NCBI GenBank assembly: GCA_002269645.1
Contig: NIVC01001709.1
Span: 62,001 to 126,000 of the forward strand
Direction of reading: 5' to 3'
Origin: Macrostomum lignano
Lineage: Eukaryota
DNA length: 64,000 bases
Part shown: positions 1 through 14,003 of the stretch, piece after piece
Layout of the letters: every line of letters begins with the position of its first letter
Numbering within the stretch: position 1 is the first letter of the stretch
Notes under the pieces: model-generated
The model's database searches: none
The model's input: the letters and a program-made list of their open reading frames with translations, nothing else
Told to the model about the DNA's origin: nothing
Translations under genes and position numbers: made by a program

Positions 1-529
1 CCCCTTGTCCTTATCAGTCTGCGCGCATCGGCATTGCGACTTTCCCTGTTTTCGTAAACTTATTTACGTATTGCTCATGCTCTGTCATTCTCTGCTTGGA
101 AGTCTCCTGTGACGCGCGGCTTTATCGCAGGTGCTAAGCTGCTGATTCCGACTGTGACCCCGTTTACCGCTGCGCTGTCCCAGAGATAACACGGCCTACT
201 GCAGAGCCCCGAGCATTATTGTGGGACACGCGTTTTGATTTAATTTAAAAGCTTTACCACCTCGCTTCGATTGGGGTTCTTTGTATTCGGAATCTGCAGC
301 CGCTCCGCCCTGGTCTGGCCTGCTCTTATCGTTGCTGCGGCAGGTTTCCAGTGGAGCCGCTGCCGTGCCAGCCAAGGCTGCCCCACCCCACCTCCTTAAT
401 TTACAGTCAGCTGGCGTTATTTTGCCTGGCTAGAGAACTTAGCGAACGAACTGGGTACGAATTCCAGTGTTAGCCAGTGCGAACCCTGGGTTTCCTGCCG
501 CTTTGCATGTCTTGTGGGGGCTGCGGCTC

Positions 530-544
530 GATGGATGATGGATG

Positions 545-589
<45 letters not shown>

Positions 590-596
590 ATAGATG

Positions 597-693
<97 letters not shown>

Positions 694-700
694 ATAGATG

Positions 701-781
<81 letters not shown>

Positions 782-796
782 TTAGACAATTGATAG

Positions 797-866
<70 letters not shown>

Positions 867-878
867 GGTTAGACAATT

Positions 879-951
<73 letters not shown>

Positions 952-966
952 ATAGATGGATAGATG

Positions 967-1037
<71 letters not shown>

Positions 1038-1049
1038 GGTTAGACAATT

Positions 1050-1114
<65 letters not shown>

Positions 1115-1153
1115 ATAGATGGATGGATAGATAGATAGATAGATAAATAGATG

Positions 1154-1198
<45 letters not shown>

Positions 1199-1205
1199 AT
1201 AGATG

Positions 1206-1290
<85 letters not shown>

Positions 1291-1297
1291 ATAGATG

Positions 1298-1366
<69 letters not shown>

Positions 1367-1381
1367 TTAGACAATTGATAG

Positions 1382-1437
<56 letters not shown>

Positions 1438-1447
1438 TTAGACAATT

Positions 1448-1488
<41 letters not shown>

Positions 1489-1492
1489 ATAA

Positions 1493-1568
<76 letters not shown>

Positions 1569-1575
1569 ATAGATG

Positions 1576-1644
<69 letters not shown>

Positions 1645-1695
1645 ATAGATGGATAGATAGATAGATAATAGATAGACAATTGATAGATGGATAGT
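530..1695. repeat. (GATA)n microsatellite with interspersed GTTAGACAATTGAT and GATAAATAGATG variants
   Basis: Directly visible tetranucleotide array. The IYLS-repeat ORFs at 417-1679 and 439-1374 are its translation. Confidence 0.97.
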
Positions 1696-1699
1696 TAGT

Positions 1700-1853
1700 T
1701 AAATACATAGATAAATACATACATAAATACATACATAAATACATACATAAATACATACATAAATACATACATAAATACATACATAAATACATACATAAAT
1801 ACATACATAAATACATACATAAATACATACATAAATACATACATAAATACATA
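1700..1853. repeat. (ATAAATACATAC)n 12-bp tandem repeat
   Basis: Directly visible, abutting the GATA array. Confidence 0.95.
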
Positions 1854-2325
1854 CGCTCGTACATGCGCAGATGCATAGACACATTTGGATATTAATTAGT
1901 GAAATATAGTGTCGCATCACTATATTTTTTTATATATATATATACATCACTATAGTGCGCAAATATTTTTTCAGCAATTTAGAAGGGTTCGGTAATTTAA
2001 GTTCACCGAATACCCAGTGCTGACCTCTCCAAGCAGCCGGGCCGCTGAGCTAATGGGGGTCTGTGTGTGTTTTTTCCTGCTGTGAAATGTCAGAAATTGG
2101 CTGCGCTTTTCACAGATCTGCGCCGCCCGCCGCGCTTTGGTCTGTCTGCGCCCGAGCTGACTGCCCGAGCAGCAGGCAGATCACAGCTGTGTGAAATTCC
2201 CCCCTCCAACCCCACACTAGGCCGGATGTGCCGCACTGCATCCAAGGACTCTCGTTGGATACCCATTCACAGACTCATTAGACAGTGCACTGATAGGATT
2301 TTTACAGTGCACTTTAATACCATTT

Positions 2326-2772
2326 GGTGATGAATCTACAGGTCTTCCTGCATTCAGAGTACAGTTTGTACTTATATAGGCCATCCTAGGGGTGATGAAT
2401 CTACAGGTCTTCCTGCATCAAGAGTACAGTTTGTACTTATATAGGCCATCCTAGGGGTGATGAATCTACAGGTCTTCCTGCATTCAGAGTACAGTCTGTA
2501 CTTATATAGGCCATCCTAGGGGTGATGAATCTACAGGTCTTCCTGCATTCAGAGTACAGTCTGTACTTATATAGGCCATCCTAGGGGTGATGAATCTACA
2601 GGTCTTCCTGCATTCAGAGTACAGTTTGTACTTATATAGGCCATCCTAGGGGTGATGAATCTACAGGTCTTCCTGCATTCAGAGTACAGTCTGTACTTAT
2701 ATAGGCCATCCTAGGGGTGATGAATCTACAGGTCTTCCTGCATTCAGAGTACAGTTTGTACTTATATAGGCC
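2326..2772. repeat. 65-bp minisatellite, about 7 copies
   Basis: GGTGATGAATCTACAGG recurs at 2326, 2391, 2456 and onward (period 65). Confidence 0.93.
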
Positions 2773-2931
2773 GTCCCAGGCCTACAAAATTTTACATCGT
2801 CCCATGCCGAAAGCCAGGATGCCGCGGCATCTTCCGTATGCCACAACAGCCTGCAGACTACTTGTAGTAGTACAAGAATGTTACAAATATAAAGCAAAGG
2901 CTTTGTCCACTGCGGCTATTCCGTATTGCAG

Positions 2932-5900
2932 GCATGCCGCTATTGTCAGATTCTGGCACGGAGCAGCATCATCATAGCCTTCATCAGCACGGCAATCGAC
3001 TCAGGCGGCCCTCTCTGGGCCCCTCCTGGCTGAACAGCCCCGCCGCCGCTGTGCCTGTCAACGGCGATGTCGGCGGCGGCGGCCCAGACGGGCACGGGCA
3101 TGGCAGTGCTCACAGCCAGAGTAAGGCCGCCCCCCCCCCCAGTGACCAGCCTCTGTAGTTTTAATGACTGATCTGATTCATATAATATCAATACTAGGTA
3201 TTTTTACACCTAAATTATATTCGATGCTAATTGAAAACAAATTGTTTTTAATCTTTACAATTTTATTATAATTTACGAGTAACTTTAACTGCTGATTTTT
3301 ACTAAATATGTAGATATTACCTGACTGATCTGGGTGTGAATTCTAACTTAGCCATAATAATTTGTCTGATTTTAATCACTGTTTTTTGGCCTCTGTGTGC
3401 TGGGTGACTTTTAATGTCTGACATAAGTGGTGTCCGGCGTTACGCGTGTTCTCCTACAGTAAGTTTCATTATGAGACTTCATTGTCTCGGAGGAGGGTAG
3501 TTATGTGCCTTCAATACCTGCGAATAGTGGCTTGCTAAAAGGCATTGAATGGTCTCAAACGCCTCAGGAAGGGTAGTGGAGGGCATCAAAAGTCATGGGA
3601 AGGGTAGTGGAGGGCATCAAAAGTCATGGGAAGGGTAGTGGAGGGCATCAAAAGTCACGGGAAGTGTAGTGGAGGGCATCAAAAGTCACGGGAAGGGTAG
3701 TGGAGGGCATCAAAAGTCACGGGAAGGGTAGTGGAGGGCATCAAAAGTCACGGGAAGGGTAGTGGAGGGCATCAAAAGTCACGGGAAGGGTAGTGGAGGG
3801 CATCAAAAGTCACGGGAAGGGTAGTGGAGGGCATCAAAAGTCACGGGAAGGGTAGTCGAGGGCATCAAAAGTCACGGGAAGTGTAGTGGAGGGCATCAAA
3901 AGTCACGGGAAGGGTAGTGGAGGGCATCAAAAGTCACGGGAAGGGTAGTGAAGGGCATCAAAAGTCACGGGAAGGGTAGTGGAGGGCATCAAAAGTCACG
4001 GAAAGGGTAGTATAGGGCATCAAAAGTCACGGGAAGGGTAGTGGAGGGCATCAAAAATGTGTTCGCTGGGCGTGTCCGCATGCGGCAGGAGGCGCACTCT
4101 AATTCCTCAATCCCTCCCTCCTGACAGCCCACGGCGGCCAGATGAACATGCACGCCGCGTTTCTGCACATCATCGGCGACACCCTCGGCTCAGTGATAGT
4201 GATCATCTCCGCCCTCATCCTGTGGCTGTCTGGCTACTCAGAAATGCACAAAGAACCGACCGCCGTGCTGGTGAACGGCACCTGCCTGATTGAGGAGTCG
4301 CCCAAAGTCTGGCTGACCTACATTGACCCCGTGCTGAGTCTGCTGCTGGTGGGCATCATGCTGGTGTCCACCGTGCCGCTTCGTGAGTGGGGCTGGGGTG
4401 TCTGGCACTGCTCAGTAATGAGGATGATGGAAAAGAGATTTTGGATCTGAGTTATGAGAATTATGGAGGTTATTTGGAATCTGGCATTCTTGGTTAAGAG
4501 GATTAGGGAGAGGGGATTTAGGATCTGGGTTATGAGGATTATAGTGGTGATTTGGGCTCTGGGTTATGAGGATTATAGTGGTGATTTGGGCTCTGGGTTA
4601 TGAGGATTATAGTGGTGATTTGGGATCTGGGTTATGAGGATTATAGTGGTGATTTGGGCTCTGGGTTATGAGGATTATAGTGGTGATTTGGGCTCTGGGT
4701 TATGAGGATTATAGTGGTGATTTGGGCTCTGGGTTATGAGGATTATAGTGGTGATTTGGGCTCTGGGTTATGAGGATTATAGTGGTGATTTGGGCTCTGG
4801 GTTATGAGGATTATAGTGGTGATTTGGGATCTGGGTTATGAGGATTATAGTGGTGATTTGGGATCTGGGTTATGAGGATTATCGAAAGGGGATTTGGGCT
4901 CTGGGTTATGAGGATTATAGTGGTGATTTAGGATCTGGGTTATGAGGATTATAGTGGTGATTTGGGATCTGGGTTATGAGGATTATAGTGGTGATTTGGG
5001 ATCTGGGTTATGAGGATTATAGTGGTGATTTGGGATCTGGGTTATGAGGATTATAGTGGTGATTTGGGATCTGGGTTATGAGGATTATAGTGGTGATTTG
5101 GGATCTGGGTTATGAGGATTATCGAAAGGGGATTTGGGCTCTGGGTTATGAGGATTATAGTGGTGATTTAGGATCTGGGTTATGAGGATTATAGTGGTGA
5201 TTTGGGATCTGGGTTATGAGGATTATAGTGGTGATTTGGGATCTGGGTTATGAGGATTATAGTGGTGATTTGGGCTCTGGGTTATGAGGATTATAGTAGT
5301 GATTTGGGATCTGGGTTATGAGGATTATAGTGGTGATTTGGGATCTGGGTTATGAGGATTATAGTGGTGATTTGGGCTCTGGGTTATGAGGATTATAGTG
5401 GTGATTTGGGCTCTGGGTTATGAGGATTATAGTGGTGATTTAGGATCTGGGTTATGAGGATTATAGTGGTGATTTGGGATCTGGGTTATGAGGATTATAG
5501 TGGTGATTTGGGCTCTGGGTTATGAGGATTATAGTGGTGATTTAGGATCTGGGTTATGAGGATTATAGTGGTGATTTGGGATCTGGGTTATGAGGATTAT
5601 AGTGGTGATTTGGGATCTGGGTTATGAGGATTATAGTGGTGATTTGGGCTCTGGGTTATGAGGATTATAGTGGTGATTTGGGCTCTGGGTTATGAGGATT
5701 ATAGTGGTGATTTGGGCTCTGGGTTATGAGGATTATAGTGGTGATTTGGGATCTGGGTTATGAGGATTATAGTGGTGATTTGGGATCTGGGTTATGAGGA
5801 TTATCGAAAGGGGATTTGGGCTCTGGGTTATGAGGATTATAGTGGTGATTTAGGATCTGGGTTATGAGGATTATAGTGGTGATTTGGGATCTGGGTTATG

Positions 5901-8900
5901 AGGATTATAGTGGTGATTTGGGATCTGGGTTATGAGGATTATAGTGGTGATTTGGGCTCTGGGTTATGAGGATTATAGTGGTGATTTGGGCTCTGGGTTA
6001 TGAGGATTATAGTGGTGATTTGGGCTCTGGGTTATGAGGATTATAGTGGTGATTTGGGCTCTGGGTTATGAGGATTATAGTGGTGATTTGGGATCTGGGT
6101 TATGAGGATTATAGTGGTGATTTGGGCTCTGGGTTATGAGGATTATAGTGGTGATTTGGGCTCTGGGTTATGAGGATTATAGTGGTGATTTGGGCTCTGG
6201 GTTATGAGGATTATAGTGGTGATTTGGGCTCTGGGTTATGAGGATTATAGTGGTGATTTGGGATCTGGGTTATGAGGATTATAGTGGTGATTTGGGCTCT
6301 GGGTTATGAGGATTATAGTGGTGATTTAGGATCTGGGTTATGAGGATTATAGTGGTGATTTGGGATCTGGGTTATGAGGATTATAGTGGTGATTTGGGCT
6401 CTGGGTTATGAGGATTATAGTGGTGATTTGGGCTCTGGGTTATGAGGATTATAGTGGTGATTTGGGCTCTGGGTTATGAGGATTATAGTGGTGATTTGGG
6501 CTCTGGGTTATGAGGATTATAGTGGTGATTTGGGATCTGGGTTATGAGGATTATAGTGGTGATTTGGGCTCTGGGTTATGAGGATTATAGTGGTGATTTA
6601 GGATCTGGGTTATGAGGATTATAGTGGTGATTTGGGCTCTGGGTTATGAGGATTATAGTGGTGATTTGGGCTCTGGGTTATGAGGATTATAGTGGTGATT
6701 TAGGATCTGGGTTATGAGGATTATAGTGGTGATTTGGGCTCTGGGTTATGAGGATTATAGTGGTGATTTGGGCTCTGGGTTATGAGGATTATAGTGGTGA
6801 TTTGGGCTCTGGGTTATGAGGATTATAGTGGTGATTTGGGCTCTGGGTTATGAGGATTATAGTGGTGATTTGGGATCTGGGTTATGAGGATTATAGTGGT
6901 GATTTGGGCTCTGGGTTATGAGGATTATAGTGGTGATTTGGGATCTGGGTTATGAGGATTATAGTGGTGATTTGGGATCTGGGTTATGAGGATTATCGAA
7001 AGGGGATTTGGGCTCTGGGTTATGAGGATTATAGTGGTGATTTAGGATCTGGGTTATGAGGATTATAGTGGTGATTTGGGATCTGGGTTATGAGGATTAT
7101 AGTAGTGATTTGGGCTCTGGGTTATGAGGATTATAGTGGTGATTTGGGCTCTGGGTTATGAGGATTATAGTGGTGATTTGGGATCTGGGTTATGAGGATT
7201 ATAGTGGTGATTTGGGATCTGGGTTATGAGGATTATAGTGGTGATTTGGGCTCTGGGTTATGAGGATTATAGTGGTGATTTGGGATCTGGGTTATGAGGA
7301 TTATAGTGGTGATTTGGGCTCTGGGTTATGAGGATTATAGTGGTGATTTGGGATCTGGGTTATGAGGATTATAGTGGTGATTTGGAATCTGGGTTATGAG
7401 GATTATAGTGGTGATTTGGGATCTGGGTTATGAGGATTATAGTAGTGATTTGGGATCTGGGTTATGAGGATTATGGTACAGAGAGATGGAAGCAGGTAGC
7501 TGGAAGCAGGATATTAACCAGCTTGCGGCTCTTCTCCCAACCACGCACTTCAGTTCTGCGCGCACTGAGCATTCTTATGCAAACTGTGCCGCAAGAAATC
7601 TGCTTGGACGAGCTGCGCGACAAACTCGAGAAGGTGTGCAGCTAGCGTATTAACTAATTATCACCTGTGTTCATCCCTGGTTTCGAATTCTAACTTGAAC
7701 GCACTGTTTCCAGATTGACGGCATCATTCGCATCCACGATCTGCACGTGTGGCAGCTGCAGTCCGACTGCTACATCGGCACTGTGCACATCCGCTGCCGC
7801 GACCTGCGTAAGTGTCCGCGAATTGAGCCGCTGCCGTGGCTTTCAATTCCTATGGCTGTTAGATGCATTTACTCTGGCATTCTAAAACTGCGTTACTAAC
7901 CTCCCCGCCAGGATCTTCAGTGTCTCACTTGCTGGGCCGCCACCCTCCCAGATCCCCAGTTGCTGGGCCACCACCCTCCCAGATCCCCAGTTGCTGGGCC
8001 ACCACCCTCCCAGATCCCCAGTTGCTGGGCCACCACCCTCCCAGATCCCCAGTTGCTGGGCCACCAGCCTCCCAGATCCCCAGTTGCTGGGCCACCAGCC
8101 TCCCAGATCCCCAGTTGCTGGGCCACCAGCCTCCCAGATCCCCAGTTGCTGGGCCACCACCACCCTCCCAGACCCTCAGTTGCTGGGCCGCCCTCCCAGA
8201 TCCCCAGTTGCTGGGCCACCAGCCTCCCAGATCCCCAGTTGCTGGGCCACCAGCCTCCCAGATCCCCAGTTGCTGGGCCACCAGCCTCCCAGATCCTCAG
8301 TTGCTGGGCCACCACCCTCCCAGATCCCCACTTGCTGGGCCACCACCCTCCCAGATCCCCAGTTGCTAGGCCACCACCCAGATCCCCACTTGCTGGGCCA
8401 GCCTCCCAGATTCCCACTTGCTGGGCCACCACCACCCTCCCAGATCCTCAGTTGCTGGGCCGCCCTCCCAGATCCTCAGTTGCTGGGCCGCCCTCCCAGA
8501 TCCTCATTTGTTAGGCACCAGCCTCCCAGATCCTCAGTCGCTGGGCCAGCCTTCCAGTTGCCTGTTCCATAGCTGTACATACGCAGTGTCCAAGTGCACC
8601 AGCACAGCATAGATGTGTAGTGTAGGTGCAGAGTCACCTTTGCGCACAACAAATTGAAAAACATTTCCTAACGGCATGATTTAAAACTCGTGTAATTCCC
8701 CCCAGTTACTAGTCTAGCACTAATTAAATTCTGTGCTCAATTTAATAATTCAATAATTACAGGATTGTGTAAGCCGGCTCAGCGCCCCTGCTCTTTCTGA
8801 ATTGAATATCAATGCACCCGAAGCACTCTTAAAGATGCTTTGCCCGCAGCCCCCCCTCAAAGCGCCAGCCTCATGTGATTGCGCTGAGCAAATGATTATT

Positions 8901-11127
8901 TCAATGCATGCTTCTGAATTATACACAGTTTTGCCAGCAATACACTAAAATGAGTGTAGGTGCGAATTCCACTTTCTAAACGATGAATTAATTAATTAAC
9001 AAATTTTGATTTTGCTAGTGCGCTCATCTGGTTTGCTATTTTAAAACGGGTGTTTATCATTTATGATTGGATACTTGGTTGCATCGGTATATGCAGGCAG
9101 GTGCGGGCAAGTAATGCTAAATAAATCTAGAAAAATTAAATAGTCGTATGTATAGGAATTGAGCGGCCATAAATATGAATGTACATTCGTATGTACGTTA
9201 GCTAATGTACATTGCTCCTGCACTGATAACAGATTGAGTCACGTGCTTTCTGCCGCTCTCATTATTATATTTTGACTACTAGCCATTTGAAGTTACGATG
9301 AAATTGGCAGAAAATAGCTACTATTTTTGTTGCTCGCTACTAAATAGAATGTAGTGTAAAAAATGCAGTTTAAACTGTTGATCAACTAAGCTATAAAACT
9401 GCTATTTAAAGAATCCAAATTGATTACCGAAGCCTGCGATGATGAGAGTGCCAATGCCAGGTGAAGTGCATGGTGCCTATTCTATCTACTATAAAATTCT
9501 TGGTTAATTACTGAGTGCGAAAAGGGAAGCGTGCTGTATGCAGAGTCTAACTATATTATCTGCTTCTGTGCACTCAGCCTTGGTCACTGAGAGTTCATGG
9601 GCGACTGTCTGAGATGTACCAAACTGATTTCAAGTATCCCAATTTGTTCCAGCTGACTACATCACCGTGTCCAAGGAAGCTAAAAAAATATTTCACGACT
9701 TCAACATTCATTGCACTACTATTCAACCCGAGTTCTCCGAGGTGAGTACTGGTTTGAGGAATTCATCCCTTAGAATCCCAATCCACCACTTAGAATCCCA
9801 ATTCATCCCTTAGAATCCCAATTGATCAGTTAGTATCCCAATTCATCCCTTTGAATCCCAATTTATCCCTTAGAATCCCAATTGATCAGTTAGAATCCCA
9901 ATTCATCCCTTTGAATCCCAAATCGTCCCTTAGAATCCCAATTCGTCCCCTAGAATCCCAATTCGTCGCTTTCGCTTAGAATCCCAATTCATCCCTTTGA
10001 ATAACAATTCATCCCTTAGAATCCCAATTCGTCAATTAAAATCCCAATTCATCATTTAAAATCCCAAATCATCAATTAGAATCCCAATTCATCATTTAAA
10101 ATCCCAAATCATCAATTAGAATCCCAATTCATCATTTAAAATCCCAATTCATCAATTAGAATCCCAATTCATCATTTAAAATCCCAATTCATCAATTAGA
10201 ATCCCAATTCGTCAATTAGAATCCCAATTCATCAATTAGAATCCCAATTCGTCAATTAGAATCCCAATTCATCAATTAGAATCCCAATTCGTCAATTAGA
10301 ATCCCAATTCATCATTTAAAATCCCAAATCATCAATTAGAATCCCAATTCATCCTTTAGAATCCCAATTCGTCAATTAAAATCCCAATTCGTCAATTAGA
10401 ATCCCAATTCATCATTTAAAATCCCAAATCATCAATTAGAATCCAAATTCGTCCCCTAGAATCCCAATTCGTCGCTTTCGCTTAGAATCCCAATTCATCA
10501 ATAAGAATCCCAATTCATCAATAAGAATCCCAATTCATCAATTAGAATCCCAACTCATCCCTTAGAATCCCAATTCGTCGCTTTCACTTAGAATCCCAAT
10601 TGATCAATTAGAATCCCAATTCGTCGCTTTCGCTTAGAATCCCAATTCATCAATTAGAATCATAATTCATCAATTAGAATCCCAATTCATCAATTAGAAT
10701 CCCAATTCGTCCCTTAGAATCCCAATTCGTCCCTTAGAATCCCAATTCGTCCCTTAGAATCCCAATTCGTCGCTTTTGCTTAGAATCCCAATTCATCCCT
10801 TAAAATCTCAATTCGTCAATTAAAATCCCAATTCGTCAATTAAAATCCTGATTGGATCACTAAGGATACTAATCCAGGCCTTAGAATCCGTAGTCATGGC
10901 AACCATCTCGCTTGGCCAACTCCCCGCAGCATGCCGACTGCACCGACAACGAGGTCTCGGACTCGCAGTGCATCATCGATTGCGGCAATCAGTGCGAGGC
11001 CCGCGCCAACTGCTGCGCCACGGGGGCGCCGGCGACTGCTCCTGGCGCGCCAGCTTCGGCGCCCGAGAATTCGTCGACTACAGACGGTGTGGCCGGCAAA
11101 GCTGAGCAGAGGCAGCTGCCTGTCTGA
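2932..11127 (+). CDS. SLC30A1: Cation diffusion facilitator zinc exporter, ZnT1/ZnT10 (SLC30A1-like); 5'-incomplete, six exons seen
   Basis: Exons 2932-3120, 4128-4382, 7554-7633, 7714-7807, 9653-9741 and 10930-11127, all GT-AG with consistent phases. Translation gives a His-rich loop (HHHSLHQHG...HGHGSAHSQTHGG), the TM5 motif QMNMHAAFLHIIGDTLGS (HxxxD), YIDPVLSLLLV, ILMQTVP, IHDLHVWQL, FHDFNIHCTTIQPEF and a Cys-rich tail (QCIIDCGNQCEARANCC). TM1-4 exons were not found. Confidence 0.9.
3567..4056. repeat. 31-bp intronic minisatellite (GGGAAGGGTAGTGGAGGGCATCAAAAGTCAC), about 16 copies
   Basis: Directly visible in a ZnT intron. Confidence 0.95.
4515..7465. repeat. 34-bp intronic minisatellite (GGGATCTGGGTTATGAGGATTATAGTGGTGATTT), about 85 copies
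   Basis: Directly visible; fills nearly all of intron 4383-7553. Confidence 0.97.
7925..8550. repeat. 28-34-bp minisatellite (CCTCCCAGATCCCCAGTTGCTGGGCCACCA)
   Basis: Directly visible; source of the Pro/Gly-rich ORFs at 7863-8612. Confidence 0.95.
9760..10850. repeat. 20-bp minisatellite (TAGAATCCCAATTCATCAAT)
   Basis: Directly visible; starts about 20 nt after the donor at 9742. Confidence 0.95.
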
Positions 11128-12240
11128 TGAGTTGTCGGGCTGCAATTGTCGCTCCTGATTCTGTTTCTCTGTCTGACTGGCTTTCCCGTTCTCTTCTGTC
11201 TGTGCGATTTTTAACTTTCCTTTTGTCTGCCCAGCTCTTTAGTCTAGCTGGACATGTTCACCAGTTGCTTGTCTGGGGGGCTCATTTTTAACTGACTAAA
11301 TTTATTCCATTTTGTAAGAAGCGATGAGTCAGACTGATTTCTTAGAAATCTGAGCTTCCTCTTCTAAATCAAGCTGTAACTAATAAATCCATATGGTTTC
11401 TAGGAAATCAATTGATTCTAGAAATTGCGCTGAGTCTGTCTAAGAATAAACTGGGAAACCCTTTATAGGAAATGCTATTAATTCCTAGAAAAGCCTATTT
11501 AATTTCTAAGAAATCCTATTGATTTCTGGGAAAAACGATTAAATTATAAGAAAAATCAGCATTTCTAAGAAACACAAATCTAGCTATATGTTTCTTTTCC
11601 GTCTGGTTATTTCTTTTTTGTCCTGTTGCTTACTTTATTAAAATAATATTGATTTCTAGGAAATCATTTCAGCTTGTCAAGAGTGTGTTGTGTTGTGTGT
11701 GTGCCATTATATTTTTAATTGTAGCGCAATTTAAGCTTTTAATTGTGCTCTTTGTCTTAATTCTGTAACGATGCTTTCATCTATAGTATTATTTCATGTT
11801 ACTAGTATTAAATTAGTAATATATGCATATATCCCGCCATTTTAATCAGCTACTTATATAAGTAGTAACAATTACCCAATTTAATCAGGTGGCGAGTCAG
11901 TGATAGTTGAGTTATTTTACCTCCGTGTTTTTGTTTGCGTAATATTTTTGTTCTTATCCTACCCTGGCACAGGTGTCTGTACATAGCCAGGTCTTGAGCT
12001 GTCCGATTCCCTGCTCCAATGTACTTTTGGCCTTTATTTCGGGTCACAGAGATCGCCGGCGGTCTGGAATTATTTTGTTTTGATGAACTCTTCCGTTGTT
12101 TTTTATTGCGCCGGTTTCACGAACAGATTGCTGACAAATTCAACCGTGGAGCCTTGCATCTCCTGTCTGCTCAATGCCATTTCTGACCCGGCGCACCTGT
12201 CCCTGACCAGGTGCGAGTTGACCCACTGACGTGTTGATCT

Positions 12241-13066
12241 AGAATCGATTTGACCCTGAGACCCGCTGACCCAGACTAGCCTTGATCCCTTGACCCAGAA
12301 GAGCCTTGATCCCTTGACCCAGAAGAGCCTTGACCCCTTGACCCGCTGACTCAGAATAGCCTTGATCCTCTGACCCAGAATAGCCTTGAGCCCTTGACCC
12401 AGACCAGCCTTGACCCTCTGACCCAGAAGAGCCTTGACCCCTTGACCCGCTGACTCAGAATAGCCTTGATCCTCTGACCCAGAATAGCCTTGAGCCCTTG
12501 ACCCAGACCAGCCTTGACCCTCTGACCCAGACTAGCCTTGAGCCCTTGACCCTCTGACCCAGACTAGCCTTGAGCCCTTGACCCTCTGACCCAGAATAGC
12601 CTTGACCCTCTGACCTAGACTAGCCTTAAGCCCTTGAGCCGCTGACCCAGAATAGCCTTGACCCCTTGACCCGCTGACTCAGAATAGCCTTGATCCTCTG
12701 ACCCAGAATAGCCTTGAGCCCTTGACCCAGACCAGCCTTGACCCTCTGACCCAGACTAGCCTTGAGCCCTTGACCCTCTGACCCAGACTAGCCTTGAGCC
12801 CTTGACCCTCTGACCCAGACTAGCCCCCAGACTAGCCTTGAGCCCTTGACCCTCTGACCCAGAATAGCCTTGACCCTCTGACCCAGACTAGCCTTAAGCC
12901 CTTGAGCCGCTGACCCAGAATAGCCTTGACCCTTTGACCCGCTGACCCAGAATAGCCTTGACCCGCTGACCCAGAATAGCCTTGACCCTCTGACCCAGAA
13001 TACCCTTGACCCTCTGACCCAGAAAAGCCTTGGCCCCTTGACCCGCCGACCAAGAATCGATTTGAC
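12241..13066. repeat. Degenerate minisatellite built from CTTGACCC / TGACCCAGAATAGC modules
   Basis: Directly visible; bounded by AGAATCGATTTGAC at 12241-12254 and 13053-13066. Confidence 0.9.
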
Positions 13067-13594
13067 TCCCCAATCCGTTGATCCAGAAGAAGAAATTTCA
13101 AATTTCTCATCTGGCGTTCTTTTTTTAGTTGAAATGTTGTTTTCGTAGTATTTGTGCACTTTTATTGTTTGCTTATTAAATTCAGAAACTAAGCTAAAGC
13201 AACAGGAATTTACCGAAGAACCGAATGCAATTGCTTCAATGCAAATCTGGGCTATTCGAAAAGTTTTTACAGAGAATTTTTCTCTGCCACTTTCTCCGCT
13301 CTGCCCTCTTCGTTATCTTCTACTGCCACCCCGTCGCTTTACTGTTTTGCTTTTTTGTCTCCCGCTAACAATTATTAATAAATTAAAGTAACACTACTGG
13401 TATGGTTAGTGCAATTAGATTATTGTTCATTTGCAGTCCGTGCAAATTACTCAAATTATTGCTGCATAGCCTCGGAGCGGCGAGTTCATATACTTTAAAT
13501 ACAATTGCTTTGTACGGTTGCTTTTGTACTGTAGCCACTTGGAGCTGAGAACAGCTTGCAACTCTTGTGTGATTCTAATGCCCTGCTTTCTTTG

Positions 13595-14003
13595 CCAGCC
13601 TCCCAGATCCCCAGTTGCTGAGCCAGCCTCCCAGATCCCCAGTTGTTGGGCCACCTCCTAGATCCTCAGTTGCTGGGCCAGCCTCCCAGATCCCCAGTTG
13701 CTGGGCCAGCCTCCCAGATCCCCAGTTGCTGAGCCAGCCTCCCAGACCCTCAGTTGCTGGGCCAGCCTCCCAGACCCTCAGTTGCTGGGCCAGCTTCCCA
13801 GATCCTCAGTGGCTTGGCCAGCCTCCCAGATCCTCAGTTGCTGGGCCAGCCTCTCAGATCCCCAGTTGCTGGGCCAGCCTCCCAGATCCTCAGTTGCTGG
13901 GCCAGCCTCCCAGATCCTCAGTTGCTGGGCCAGCCTCCCAGATACTCAGTTGCTGGGCCAGCCTCCCAGATCCTCAGTTGCTGGGCCAGCCTCCCAGATC
14001 CCA
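13595..14003. repeat. 28-bp minisatellite (CCTCCCAGATCCCCAGTTGCTGGGCCAG), same family as 7925-8550
   Basis: Shares the core sequence with the ZnT-intron array. Confidence 0.93.

Noticed and set aside
417-1920. Long IYLS / MYLC ORFs
   Set aside because: Translations of (GATA)n and (ATAC)n repeats; the same applies to 39714-40481, 32095-32610, 33802-34236 and 35483-36270.
1-2931. ZnT TM1-4 exons and MTF-1 metal-response elements
   Set aside because: The SRAAELMGV frame near 2035-2085 stops quickly and lacks good splice sites. Only two TGCRCNC matches were noted (about 20 and 2146), which is not above chance.
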